A stretch of DNA of 32,000 nt from NCBI RefSeq assembly GCF_000015945.1, contig NC_009033.1:570001-602000 (forward strand). Direction: 5' to 3'. How positions within the stretch are numbered: position 1 is the stretch's first letter; each line of letters starts with the position of its first letter. The notes beneath the pieces are model-generated. The model searched no databases, was not told where the DNA came from, and saw nothing but the letters and a program-made list of their open reading frames with translations. Positions 9,709-18,068 of the stretch are shown piece after piece. The stretch comes from Staphylothermus marinus F1 (GTDB lineage Archaea > Thermoproteota > Thermoprotei_A > Sulfolobales > Desulfurococcaceae). A program made the position numbers and the translations under genes.

Positions 9709-12700
9709 TTACTTTATGTAGTTATCAATAGTTTTATGAATGGGCTTGGCTGGACCGCATTTAACGCCCATATATTCAAGCATTCTCATGGAGAGCCGTT
9801 GCTCCGGATCGCCTTCGAAATAGCTACAGATAACATATGCTATACCCTTAGCTTCATCAATAAAGCTAGGCCCACTAGGTTGTTCTCGAAGCTTTGAAAC
9901 AAGCTTCTCAAATACGTTTTTATCATATCTAGAAGCATAGTATTCGAGAACATGAAGCGCATCAACACTATTACTTATCCTCGGCTTATCTGGATTAATT
10001 CCTCTACGCTTCTCCAAGAAAACCCTCAGCCTACTTGGTTCGATGCTTAGAGGCGCATTCAACACATACTCCTTCTTATTAGTAGACGGTACTCGCTTCT
10101 CATCTACTATCCTCTTTTTAACCATATCATCCACATCTATGCCTGAAGCAATAGATAATATGGTTATACTGCTAGCATCAAGCTTCTTCTCCTTAGAAAG
10201 AAGTTTACGAGCCGTCTCAGGATCCCTTAGAAACACTAGCTTGAATAAGAGATAGAACAGAGCTTCTGGAGAACCAACATTGAACATAGACGTACCAACT
10301 AAATAATCTATCAATCCGCGAGCAGCAGCGGGGAATACTATTTCACGTATAATTCTGCTAACAGACTCCAGATCTTTTCCATTGCTTTTAATCTCCAGAA
10401 AGTTGCTAAGCTTATTCCTTCTCGCTGGAAACACTATTTTATCATAGCTTGTTACAACTTCTAAAACCCTACCCATTACACCAATAAAAGCATCTAGTCC
10501 CCTATGTTTTTTCCAAATATCCCCTGAATAGTTTCTAGCAACTTCCACCGCCTCACGGTATACATCACTAAAAACACCAACCCGACTACTTTGTGATCTC
10601 TTCCTCCAAACAATGATCAAACTAGTATCCAGACTGCGCTTACCCCTCTTAACAATAGACTGCTTACTCTCAGTATCAAGAGGCCAAGTAGCAGTAATCC
10701 TGAAGCCACCCCTAGCCCAACCAGCCCATAATAGATCCCGCCAAGCATCCGGATCAGTATGATTATAATACGTAACAAGCAACCCATCATCCTTCAAATG
10801 CTCCCTCATAGCTATGAAAGAATCGCTGAGGAGCTCTAAGTAGCGTTCATAAGCATATTTTTCAGCATCCTGATTATTTCCAGCATAATCCCTGTAACGT
10901 CCAGGATTAAAACTAACCTCGCGCTTAGCAAAGAATTCCCACTGAGTACTAATAGGCTTCCAAACAGCACCAACACGTCTAAAGAATAAGTCCCGATGAA
11001 ACATCGGAACAAGCCTACCATTCTCGATATCACACAAGGCACGCTTCAACCAGACATAATAAAAATCACTAAGCTCAGCATAAGGAACATCATCCCTATA
11101 AGGTGGATCAGTAACTATTATATCAAACTTTTCATTACTGAGTTTTCTAAGCATTGTAGCATCATCAAGCATAACTTTAACATTACTAGAATTTTCGGAC
11201 ACTATAGATACAAGATATGTTAAGCCATTATATATGCTCCTTAAATTTCTCGTCCAAGAACCGGTAATGTCTGCGTAAGGAGAAATTTCTCCATAATTCC
11301 AAACCATAGCAATTCCTCTAAACGTTAATGAGCCAGCAACAATTGCGCCCATTAATGTGTCTGCTCTTATAGTCGCTGTAATAGAATTAAACGCTGAATA
11401 TCTTAACAGGGATATTGTAAGATAAGTCATTACCGCTTCCGTATAATTAAATACCGTCTTTTCACTCCAGCCATTCTTGAGCTTTTCTTCTTCTATTTTC
11501 TTGCCAGCTTCTCGTATTAGCTTGACTGTTTTGATTAGGGTTAGGAGTTGGCGTGGGTTAAAGAGTTTATAGAATTTGTCAATACCCCATACAATTGTAT
11601 GATAAGTAGATGAACAGTATGGCTCTATCGGCTCTGTTGGTATGTCTGGGTCTCCCCATATTTGTTTTATTTTTTCTAGTGCTTTCCATAGTTTTTCTTG
11701 GTCTTCTTGTGTTGCTGGCTCGAATTCTAGGTCTTTACCTCTGGTCTTTACCTTGACTAGTATTCTGGGTCTTGCGGGTGCTTTTTTGAGTTCTTCTAGG
11801 CTTATTTCTCCGGACAAGTATTTCTCGAGGAGTTTGTTCCATTGTTTTAGAGCGTATTTGGGGTAGAATTCGACTTTTTTTCTGAGAGATGTTGGCAAAT
11901 TTGATTTATCGGGGTAGTGTTGTCCTGTTTCTGGGTTTATGTATCCTATTTTGTTTCTGCAGTATAGACATTTTGCTTTCTTCTTTTTTGGATCAATGTT
12001 TTTCTCTGGGACTTCAAGCTCTATGGTTTGTTCTCCTCTAGGTATGGTTATTTTATTTGATTTAATTTTGTTCTCGTCAAGTAAGGAGATTTTGTATTTT
12101 TTGTTTACATCTATTACCTCGATATCTACTCTATTGTTTCTTTTTACTGGCTTCATATAAGCTATTCTAGTGTACTTATTATTTTTCTTCACTCTTGCTA
12201 GCCAATAGTTTCCTATTAGCGGTGTATATCTTTTACAATGGGGGCATTGGACTTCCCATGTTCCTATGTATACTGCTATATCTTCGTCATATAGTTCTTT
12301 TAGATCTTGATCATTTTTTAATTGTTCAATAATCCATTTACCCCATTTCTCTACATCCTTAGCCAGGTTTTTCCATTTAGGATCACTAACTGTTTTTAGA
12401 GGATATTCCAGGACTGCTTTCAAGAATACAACTGCTGTTGGCAATAGTTCTACTGCTGTTACTTTTCCCACGCCTAGTCTTAGTGCTTCTAGGGGTATTG
12501 AGCCAAATCCTGCGAAGGGATCTAGCAAACTTGTTTCTTTAAACAATTTCTTTAAACCAGCTAGTTCTCCCTGAAAACTTGGATTAAACCTGTGTGGAGT
12601 ATTCTTGTCTAATCTGAGAATGTTCTGTTTAAACGCTTCTGGATCGATTTTGTCTGCTGGTATTATTGACCCCGCTATTACTGCTCTTGCTGTTATTAAT

Positions 12701-12726
12701 GGTTTACGTGTCCACCAGAAAACCAT
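9709..12726 (-). CDS. DUF1156-type adenine-specific DNA methyltransferase with Zn-ribbon (COG1743-like). The true start is probably upstream of the annotated ATG.
   Basis: 1005-aa ORF. It carries the N-terminal FWWTRKPL motif (the DUF1156 hallmark HxWWARRPL), SAM motif I DPFAGFGSIPLEA, Zn-ribbon cysteines CPHC ... CLYC, and catalytic motif IV IIVTDPPYRDDVPYAELSDFYYVWL. In-frame upstream sequence (12727..12828) encodes 34 more DUF1156-like residues without a canonical start codon; see findings. Confidence 0.85.
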   Translation of the reverse strand: MVFWWTRKPLITARAVIAGSIIPADKIDPEAFKQNILRLDKNTPHRFNPSFQGELAGLKKLFKETSLLDPFAGFGSIPLEALRLGVGKVTAVELLPTAVVFLKAVLEYPLKTVSDPKWKNLAKDVEKWGKWIIEQLKNDQDLKELYDEDIAVYIGTWEVQCPHCKRYTPLIGNYWLARVKKNNKYTRIAYMKPVKRNNRVDIEVIDVNKKYKISLLDENKIKSNKITIPRGEQTIELEVPEKNIDPKKKKAKCLYCRNKIGYINPETGQHYPDKSNLPTSLRKKVEFYPKYALKQWNKLLEKYLSGEISLEELKKAPARPRILVKVKTRGKDLEFEPATQEDQEKLWKALEKIKQIWGDPDIPTEPIEPYCSSTYHTIVWGIDKFYKLFNPRQLLTLIKTVKLIREAGKKIEEEKLKNGWSEKTVFNYTEAVMTYLTISLLRYSAFNSITATIRADTLMGAIVAGSLTFRGIAMVWNYGEISPYADITGSWTRNLRSIYNGLTYLVSIVSENSSNVKVMLDDATMLRKLSNEKFDIIVTDPPYRDDVPYAELSDFYYVWLKRALCDIENGRLVPMFHRDLFFRRVGAVWKPISTQWEFFAKREVSFNPGRYRDYAGNNQDAEKYAYERYLELLSDSFIAMREHLKDDGLLVTYYNHTDPDAWRDLLWAGWARGGFRITATWPLDTESKQSIVKRGKRSLDTSLIIVWRKRSQSSRVGVFSDVYREAVEVARNYSGDIWKKHRGLDAFIGVMGRVLEVVTSYDKIVFPARRNKLSNFLEIKSNGKDLESVSRIIREIVFPAAARGLIDYLVGTSMFNVGSPEALFYLLFKLVFLRDPETARKLLSKEKKLDASSITILSIASGIDVDDMVKKRIVDEKRVPSTNKKEYVLNAPLSIEPSRLRVFLEKRRGINPDKPRISNSVDALHVLEYYASRYDKNVFEKLVSKLREQPSGPSFIDEAKGIAYVICSYFEGDPEQRLSMRMLEYMGVKCGPAKPIHKTIDNYIK

Positions 12727-12923
12727 TTCCCAGAATGAGGGTCTGCCAGGTCCTTTCTCAGCGATTGCTTTTTCCGAGATCTCGAGGCTTGGGAAGGAGG
12801 GAGTTTCTATTAGTTTCTTTTCCAGAATGCTTCACCTATCGTAGTGTTTTTCCTTATATAATAATTTATATTCTGCCTTGTAGATTAATTCTTTTTCCAG
12901 AAAAACTCTATTAGGATCTCGCT

Positions 12924-14051
12924 ATGATCTTTGGTGACCCTGTTTTGAATCCGTGGAAAAATATGCCTGTTCACAGAATATTTACATTTGTAGAGCATGG
13001 TTTATTGCCTGGTATTGTTGGTGAGTTTTTCGATCTAGCCTGGGAGATCGGCTGTAGTCTAATAGTTGATCCCTTTATTGGCGGAGGAGTTGTTGCTGTT
13101 GAAGGGATTAGTAGGGGTTTCAATATTGTGGGGTTAGATGTTAATCCTTGGAGTCTTATCGTTACAAAGGCTAAGACATTAAGACTTAAAGAACCAAGGA
13201 AGATTTTGGATAGATTCTTAGGGATGCTTGAGAATGTAGGTAAGCCATATATTCCTACAAGGAGGCTGGAAAAATACTATGTTCCAGAACACCTAGAAAA
13301 AATAGGTTTAATCAGGGCGGTGATCGAAAATATAAATGATGATCTTAGACTATTACTGCTCACAGTTCTCGGGAGAATAGCTGATGAATACTCTTTTCTC
13401 AAAAGAACTCCTGCCCCAAGATTTAAGGGTAATCCTCCTCGAGGGGATCCTGTGAAGAGATATGTTGAAATATTAGAAGTAGCTCTAAAAGATCTATCCA
13501 ATGCTAAACCCAGAGGATCAGCCATGTTATTACTAGCTGACTCTACCGAATGGCTTCCCGAACATATATGCGGTTTACTAACTAGTCCACCTTTTGCAAA
13601 CAATATTGATTATATAAGGCATACACAGTTACAATTGCTTTGGAGCGGCTTTGCAGTTAATAGTAGAGACCTAGGTTATTGGAGAAACCTACAGCTTCCA
13701 GGCTGTGAAGCAGCCTCTAGAGCGTGGAAGAAGACGAGTAATGATGAAGTAATTAATCAATTAATCAATAATATGGCCCCCAAGTATAGGAAAAGATATG
13801 GTCGTTTCCTCAAACAGTATTTCTACTATATGCAGAAACACATAAATTTATTAGCAGAGAGTCTAGAAGGAATTGCATGGTATACTATTGGAGACAGCTA
13901 CTTGGGAGGAGTATATGTTCCAACACATTTGTTCCTTCAAAGATATGCTGAGAAAAGTGGGTTAAAGACTAAGATAAGGAGGATCAAGGATAGATATTCA
14001 AGAAGTAAAAGGCTAGCATTGTATTTATTAGAAATAATGAATAAGCGATAA
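12924..14051 (+). CDS. N6-adenine/N4-cytosine DNA methyltransferase (motif I before motif IV, SPPF type)
   Basis: 375-aa ORF. Motif I is LIVDPFIGGGVVAVEG...GLDVNPW and motif IV is LLTSPPFANNIDY. It is transcribed divergently from the DUF1156 methylase and converges on the SF1 helicase gene, with 22 bp between the stops. Confidence 0.75.
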   Translation: MIFGDPVLNPWKNMPVHRIFTFVEHGLLPGIVGEFFDLAWEIGCSLIVDPFIGGGVVAVEGISRGFNIVGLDVNPWSLIVTKAKTLRLKEPRKILDRFLGMLENVGKPYIPTRRLEKYYVPEHLEKIGLIRAVIENINDDLRLLLLTVLGRIADEYSFLKRTPAPRFKGNPPRGDPVKRYVEILEVALKDLSNAKPRGSAMLLLADSTEWLPEHICGLLTSPPFANNIDYIRHTQLQLLWSGFAVNSRDLGYWRNLQLPGCEAASRAWKKTSNDEVINQLINNMAPKYRKRYGRFLKQYFYYMQKHINLLAESLEGIAWYTIGDSYLGGVYVPTHLFLQRYAEKSGLKTKIRRIKDRYSRSKRLALYLLEIMNKR

Positions 14052-14073
14052 AAATACATGAGGAACTACTAGG

Positions 14074-15684
14074 TTAAACTATTTTGAATAACTCACGTAT
14101 TATAACACTACCACCATCCTTAAGTAACTCAATACCCTCTATTGTTTTCTCTATGGATTCCCCGGCGATTCTATACTGAGAAATATGTTTGCCCTTATTT
14201 TTAGCATAGTGTGCTGAATGCTTGAGCCGGTCTATATTTCCTATTATTATCATTAATAATCTATGCCTGCTTAACTGTACATTTAAAACTTGGTGCTCAC
14301 TAAAATACATTGTTTCAGGCCTAGTAGTGGCGAATGAATAATATGAGAAGTCATCTCCGGCCAACCATTCTTTTCCAAGCATAGTCACTATAACGTCGTC
14401 TTCGCCTCCAATTATTGATTGGACAGTTGCATATCTAAGGTGATCAGTGCTTATACCGGTTTCTATTAGTTTTTTCTTCAAATAATATCCTGTACTATAA
14501 GCTAAATCACTATATGGTGCTGTTAAGCTTATTCCAAAAGCTGGATTGCCTCCATGCAATATTATAGATATTATTGAGAGATAGAGACCTGTTAAGTAGC
14601 CTAAATACGCCCTGCTTCTATCATAAGTATCTCCAGGTGGGAATTTTCTTGTTTCGAAAACAATTAATGGTATACCATTTATTAGTGCTTCATCAATTGT
14701 TTCAGTAACACGTTTAACAGTAGATTTTGAAAGATCTAGTATTTTCCCCATTTTTGTTTTAGATTTATCTAGTACATCCTCTAAGCCGCCGGCCAATAAC
14801 TTATTATATCTAACTTTGAAATGCTCTTTTGCTTTGAGTTTTCCTTCATAAAAACCTCTGCTTATCGGCGTTTCAGTGGGCCCCGGTAATCTAAAAGTTG
14901 TGTCGAGAAACTTATAGTATTCTTCTAAATTATGTCTTTCAAGTACGGATTTAATATAATTCATTAACAATGGTATACGAAATGTTTTAAATTCTGCTGC
15001 AATAGAAATTGCTTGTTGAGGATCTCCAAGAACGATCATCGACTTAGGATATGTTTCCTCAGGATTCCTAATAATGCTTCTCGCTATTGGCAGGAAAACT
15101 CTGAAAAAGGGAGTTTTACTAGCCTCGTCAACAATAAATCTTATCTCATCAGGTTTTTCAACTAGTTTCGGAGTTATTCTCTGATATTCTGTTGCAAACA
15201 CGAACCTGACATTTCTAGGATCAATACTTTTCATTAGCTTTTTGATCTCGTTGCACGGTAGAATTTTATTATTTATTGATACATCCCTAAACTCTTTTTT
15301 ACATGGCTCAATTTTTGATCCATAAACACGTATTAGATCAAGAATTACATTAACATCATAGCCCTTATAAAACAAGTTTGCAACAAATCTTGTAAAAGCC
15401 TCAACAACAAGATGATTTGTCGGAGCAATATATAGATAGAGAATTTTCCCCTTATAACTAAGAACTTCATCTAATATTTCTCTAGTACCTAAATCGAAAA
15501 CACTAGTCTTACCTGTTCCTGGAGGGCCTTGGACAGCGCCTAATCCTAGGTAGCCCTTAGCTACTTTCTTGAATAACCTGATTGCTTCAATCTGTGATCC
15601 TTCAGCCTCCCTCTCTATACAATTCCTATTACGTGAACACTCGTAAGCCTTACGAAGCGCATCCGATAAGTGATACATTACCAT
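14074..15684 (-). CDS. Superfamily 1B (Upf1/Dna2-like, AAA_11/AAA_12) helicase
   Basis: 536-aa ORF. Motif I is VQGPPGTGKTS, motif II is FIVDEASK, motif III is VLGDPQQ, motif V is TVQSIIGGEDDVIV and motif VI is LNVQLSRHR. Its start overlaps the upstream nuclease gene by 7 nt. Confidence 0.85.
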   Translation of the reverse strand: MVMYHLSDALRKAYECSRNRNCIEREAEGSQIEAIRLFKKVAKGYLGLGAVQGPPGTGKTSVFDLGTREILDEVLSYKGKILYLYIAPTNHLVVEAFTRFVANLFYKGYDVNVILDLIRVYGSKIEPCKKEFRDVSINNKILPCNEIKKLMKSIDPRNVRFVFATEYQRITPKLVEKPDEIRFIVDEASKTPFFRVFLPIARSIIRNPEETYPKSMIVLGDPQQAISIAAEFKTFRIPLLMNYIKSVLERHNLEEYYKFLDTTFRLPGPTETPISRGFYEGKLKAKEHFKVRYNKLLAGGLEDVLDKSKTKMGKILDLSKSTVKRVTETIDEALINGIPLIVFETRKFPPGDTYDRSRAYLGYLTGLYLSIISIILHGGNPAFGISLTAPYSDLAYSTGYYLKKKLIETGISTDHLRYATVQSIIGGEDDVIVTMLGKEWLAGDDFSYYSFATTRPETMYFSEHQVLNVQLSRHRLLMIIIGNIDRLKHSAHYAKNKGKHISQYRIAGESIEKTIEGIELLKDGGSVIIRELFKIV

Positions 15685-17459
15685 GTCTTATTCTCCCCCT
15701 TTAATAAGCCCTCGATAAACAAGACACTAAACATTGCATCTCTGTATTTTTTACGAATTTTCTCCGCAGTTTTAGCTAATATATTGAGTTCAGCGACTTT
15801 ACGGCTACCGCGGTGGAATGCGTCGATTGCTTGTAGTTCTAGCTGGGTTAAATCAACGTTTATCTCGACCCCTATTATTTTCTCAAGATACTCTCGATTA
15901 CGGAATGTAGTTCTTCTTAGTATTTCAAGTTGTAGTCTCGATGGAATATTAGGGGCGGCGACGTGAACGTATACTTTATCTCCCTTCCTTGAAGGCTCTA
16001 TCTCTATTTCTTCGACTCTACCATGGAAACTTAGTCTGAGAAGCGGGTTATTCACATAAGGATCATTAAAAATTATTAGAACGGGTTTTCCTTCTCTTAA
16101 CGTTTTAAGCTTGATCGGTTCTGTGGATTTCTCGTATTCTCTAACTTTTCTCTCAAGGATTATTTCATATGGTTCACTTAGTGATGCTTTTTCAAAGTAA
16201 TCTATACGATTTCCGCTCTCACCCAGTGTATTTTCCAGCCTAATTATGGCTTCAATTAGTCTTTCTATATTATAATTGTTTGCTGTGTATAGATTGTATA
16301 GCTCTTTTATGGGTTTTTGAGCATTCTCTCTAATCTTATATATGGCGTGTCTAGCTCTATAGGCTATTCTATCTAGTAGTGTCCAGTCTTCATATGTTTT
16401 CATGTAGAATTTACATGCTTCCTTATACCTACAAATTCTGCAGGGATATTTGTTTCCATATTTAACAGGATTACTGCGTGGCAAGTCTTTTGGCGCCCGG
16501 CGGAAAGCAGATATTTTTTGTCCATGCAATCCTCTTATGCTACAGATTTTAGCAGTATTTTTATCTATGTAATCTGTATACTCTGTTATTGTTAAGACTA
16601 GGTGTTCTGCAGATAATAATATGTTCCTAATTAATTCATATTTATCAATTGTCTTATCAGCTGTTCTAAAAGTATCCGCTATACTGTATACCGTAATTTT
16701 TCCAGTAGGTCTTATCACTATTGGAACAACGTCTTCTCTATCTCTAACAGCACCAACAGGATCTTCGTGTCCAAGTCTTTCAGCCTCCATTAAAGCATAA
16801 GTATAAGCTTGTGCAATCTCCCAGTTTTCTGGCGTTTTACCCGTTTTCCACTCAATAACAAGAGCTTTTCTAGAAATAGGATCTTCTATAACGGCATCAA
16901 TGATTCCTACAACATGAAACCTATAACTATACATGAATAGTTCTGTAAATAATCTAAGACTTCCCTCATTCAATCCTATTCTACTTATAAAAATAGGCAT
17001 TACTCTAGATAAGCTATAAATCATTTTAGTAGCGTACGTAATAGATTCATTAACTAGTTTATCTTCAAACTCTTCAATAGCTTCTTTATTCACTATTCCA
17101 GCTTCTACTAAATCCTTGTATGTATTGTTGACATATGATTCTATAGTTGAATATGGAAGTCTTCCCTTAATAAGATCAACTCCATTCGGACCATAAAATA
17201 TCTGCGGTAAAGCCACAGCTAACAACTGATGAGTCAATCTCCCCCTCCCAGGTATTATAGATACAAAATCAGTTACTGCACCAATAGCCTCAGCTAAACG
17301 AGCAGCATAAATACAGAAAGCAGCACCTCGAGCAATATTGCTAGCCCTAACTAGATGAGATGTGCCAGATAAAATCTTTTGTACTCCACTACCACAGAGT
17401 TCTTGATCAGTTAGTTCAATAATGTATTCTTCAATAACCAAAACAATCCTACCCTTCAA
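15678..17459 (-). CDS. RecB/Cas4/Dna2-type PD-(D/E)xK nuclease with predicted 4Fe-4S cysteine cluster and a ~240-aa C-terminal extension
   Basis: 593-aa ORF. It has an N-terminal Cys (ELCGSG), the core IIDAV...LVIEWKTGK (D...ExK), the QxxxY motif QAYTYALM, and C-x2-C-x5-C (PCRICRYKEAC). This cysteine arrangement is typical of Cas4, AddB and Dna2 nuclease domains. Confidence 0.7.
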   Translation of the reverse strand: MKGRIVLVIEEYIIELTDQELCGSGVQKILSGTSHLVRASNIARGAAFCIYAARLAEAIGAVTDFVSIIPGRGRLTHQLLAVALPQIFYGPNGVDLIKGRLPYSTIESYVNNTYKDLVEAGIVNKEAIEEFEDKLVNESITYATKMIYSLSRVMPIFISRIGLNEGSLRLFTELFMYSYRFHVVGIIDAVIEDPISRKALVIEWKTGKTPENWEIAQAYTYALMEAERLGHEDPVGAVRDREDVVPIVIRPTGKITVYSIADTFRTADKTIDKYELIRNILLSAEHLVLTITEYTDYIDKNTAKICSIRGLHGQKISAFRRAPKDLPRSNPVKYGNKYPCRICRYKEACKFYMKTYEDWTLLDRIAYRARHAIYKIRENAQKPIKELYNLYTANNYNIERLIEAIIRLENTLGESGNRIDYFEKASLSEPYEIILERKVREYEKSTEPIKLKTLREGKPVLIIFNDPYVNNPLLRLSFHGRVEEIEIEPSRKGDKVYVHVAAPNIPSRLQLEILRRTTFRNREYLEKIIGVEINVDLTQLELQAIDAFHRGSRKVAELNILAKTAEKIRKKYRDAMFSVLFIEGLLKGENKTW

Positions 17460-17706
17460 CTCCTACAAATAATTTCACTATTAAAACCATTTATAAAAAT
17501 GTATTAGGAAATGATAAACCATAGAAGTATAGAAACTAAATTATAAATATGATAGAATAGTAATACGAGGTAATGAAATATTAATTCATTAAACCTATGC
17601 AGAATCATAAGCACTTAACCATATTATTTTCACTTTTTATATTAGAATATATTAGAATACAATATTGATATGATTCAAACGCATAAATTCATGTGGAGGG
17701 ATAAAT

Positions 17707-18024
17707 TTGTTAGAAATTTCCGATATTATCTTAACTAGCATATTAAAAGGGCTAAAGAGAAAGCCTACCCTCCTAGTTCATTTTCTATTTGCAACTATTT
17801 TAGCAACAATCCTGAAAATTTTAGTAAAGCTTATTGTTAATTACTTTGTTAATTATTTCCATATTTCACCGTCAAATTATCAAGTTGTACTTTCCGGGGC
17901 TATTTTAACTGGGATATTAATGTTGTCCGCGTTAGAGCTATATATACATTTATGGAACAATATAAGGAGCTTTCTATACGAAAACCTCTACAAGAAATCA
18001 CCTGAAGAATCACTACTTAAGTAA
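17707..18024 (+). CDS. Small hypothetical membrane protein
   Basis: 105-aa ORF with two or three hydrophobic helices (LLVHFLFATILATILKILV, VVLSGAILTGILMLSALELYI). It follows an AT-rich 250-bp intergenic region. No recognisable motif. Confidence 0.35.
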   Translation: MLEISDIILTSILKGLKRKPTLLVHFLFATILATILKILVKLIVNYFVNYFHISPSNYQVVLSGAILTGILMLSALELYIHLWNNIRSFLYENLYKKSPEESLLK

Positions 18025-18068
18025 TTCGAAGAAGCTTTTAAAAATATCAATTATTCATTCAAGAAATA

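Noticed and set aside
3042-12160. Many 60-125-aa plus-strand ORFs inside the long minus-strand genes (for example 3042..3284, 4807..5043, 7075..7446, 10996..11223, 11939..12160) and the minus-strand ORF 10836..11042
   Set aside because: All are embedded in or antisense to much longer ORFs with clear catalytic motifs. Their low-complexity composition is typical of shadow frames in AT-rich DNA.
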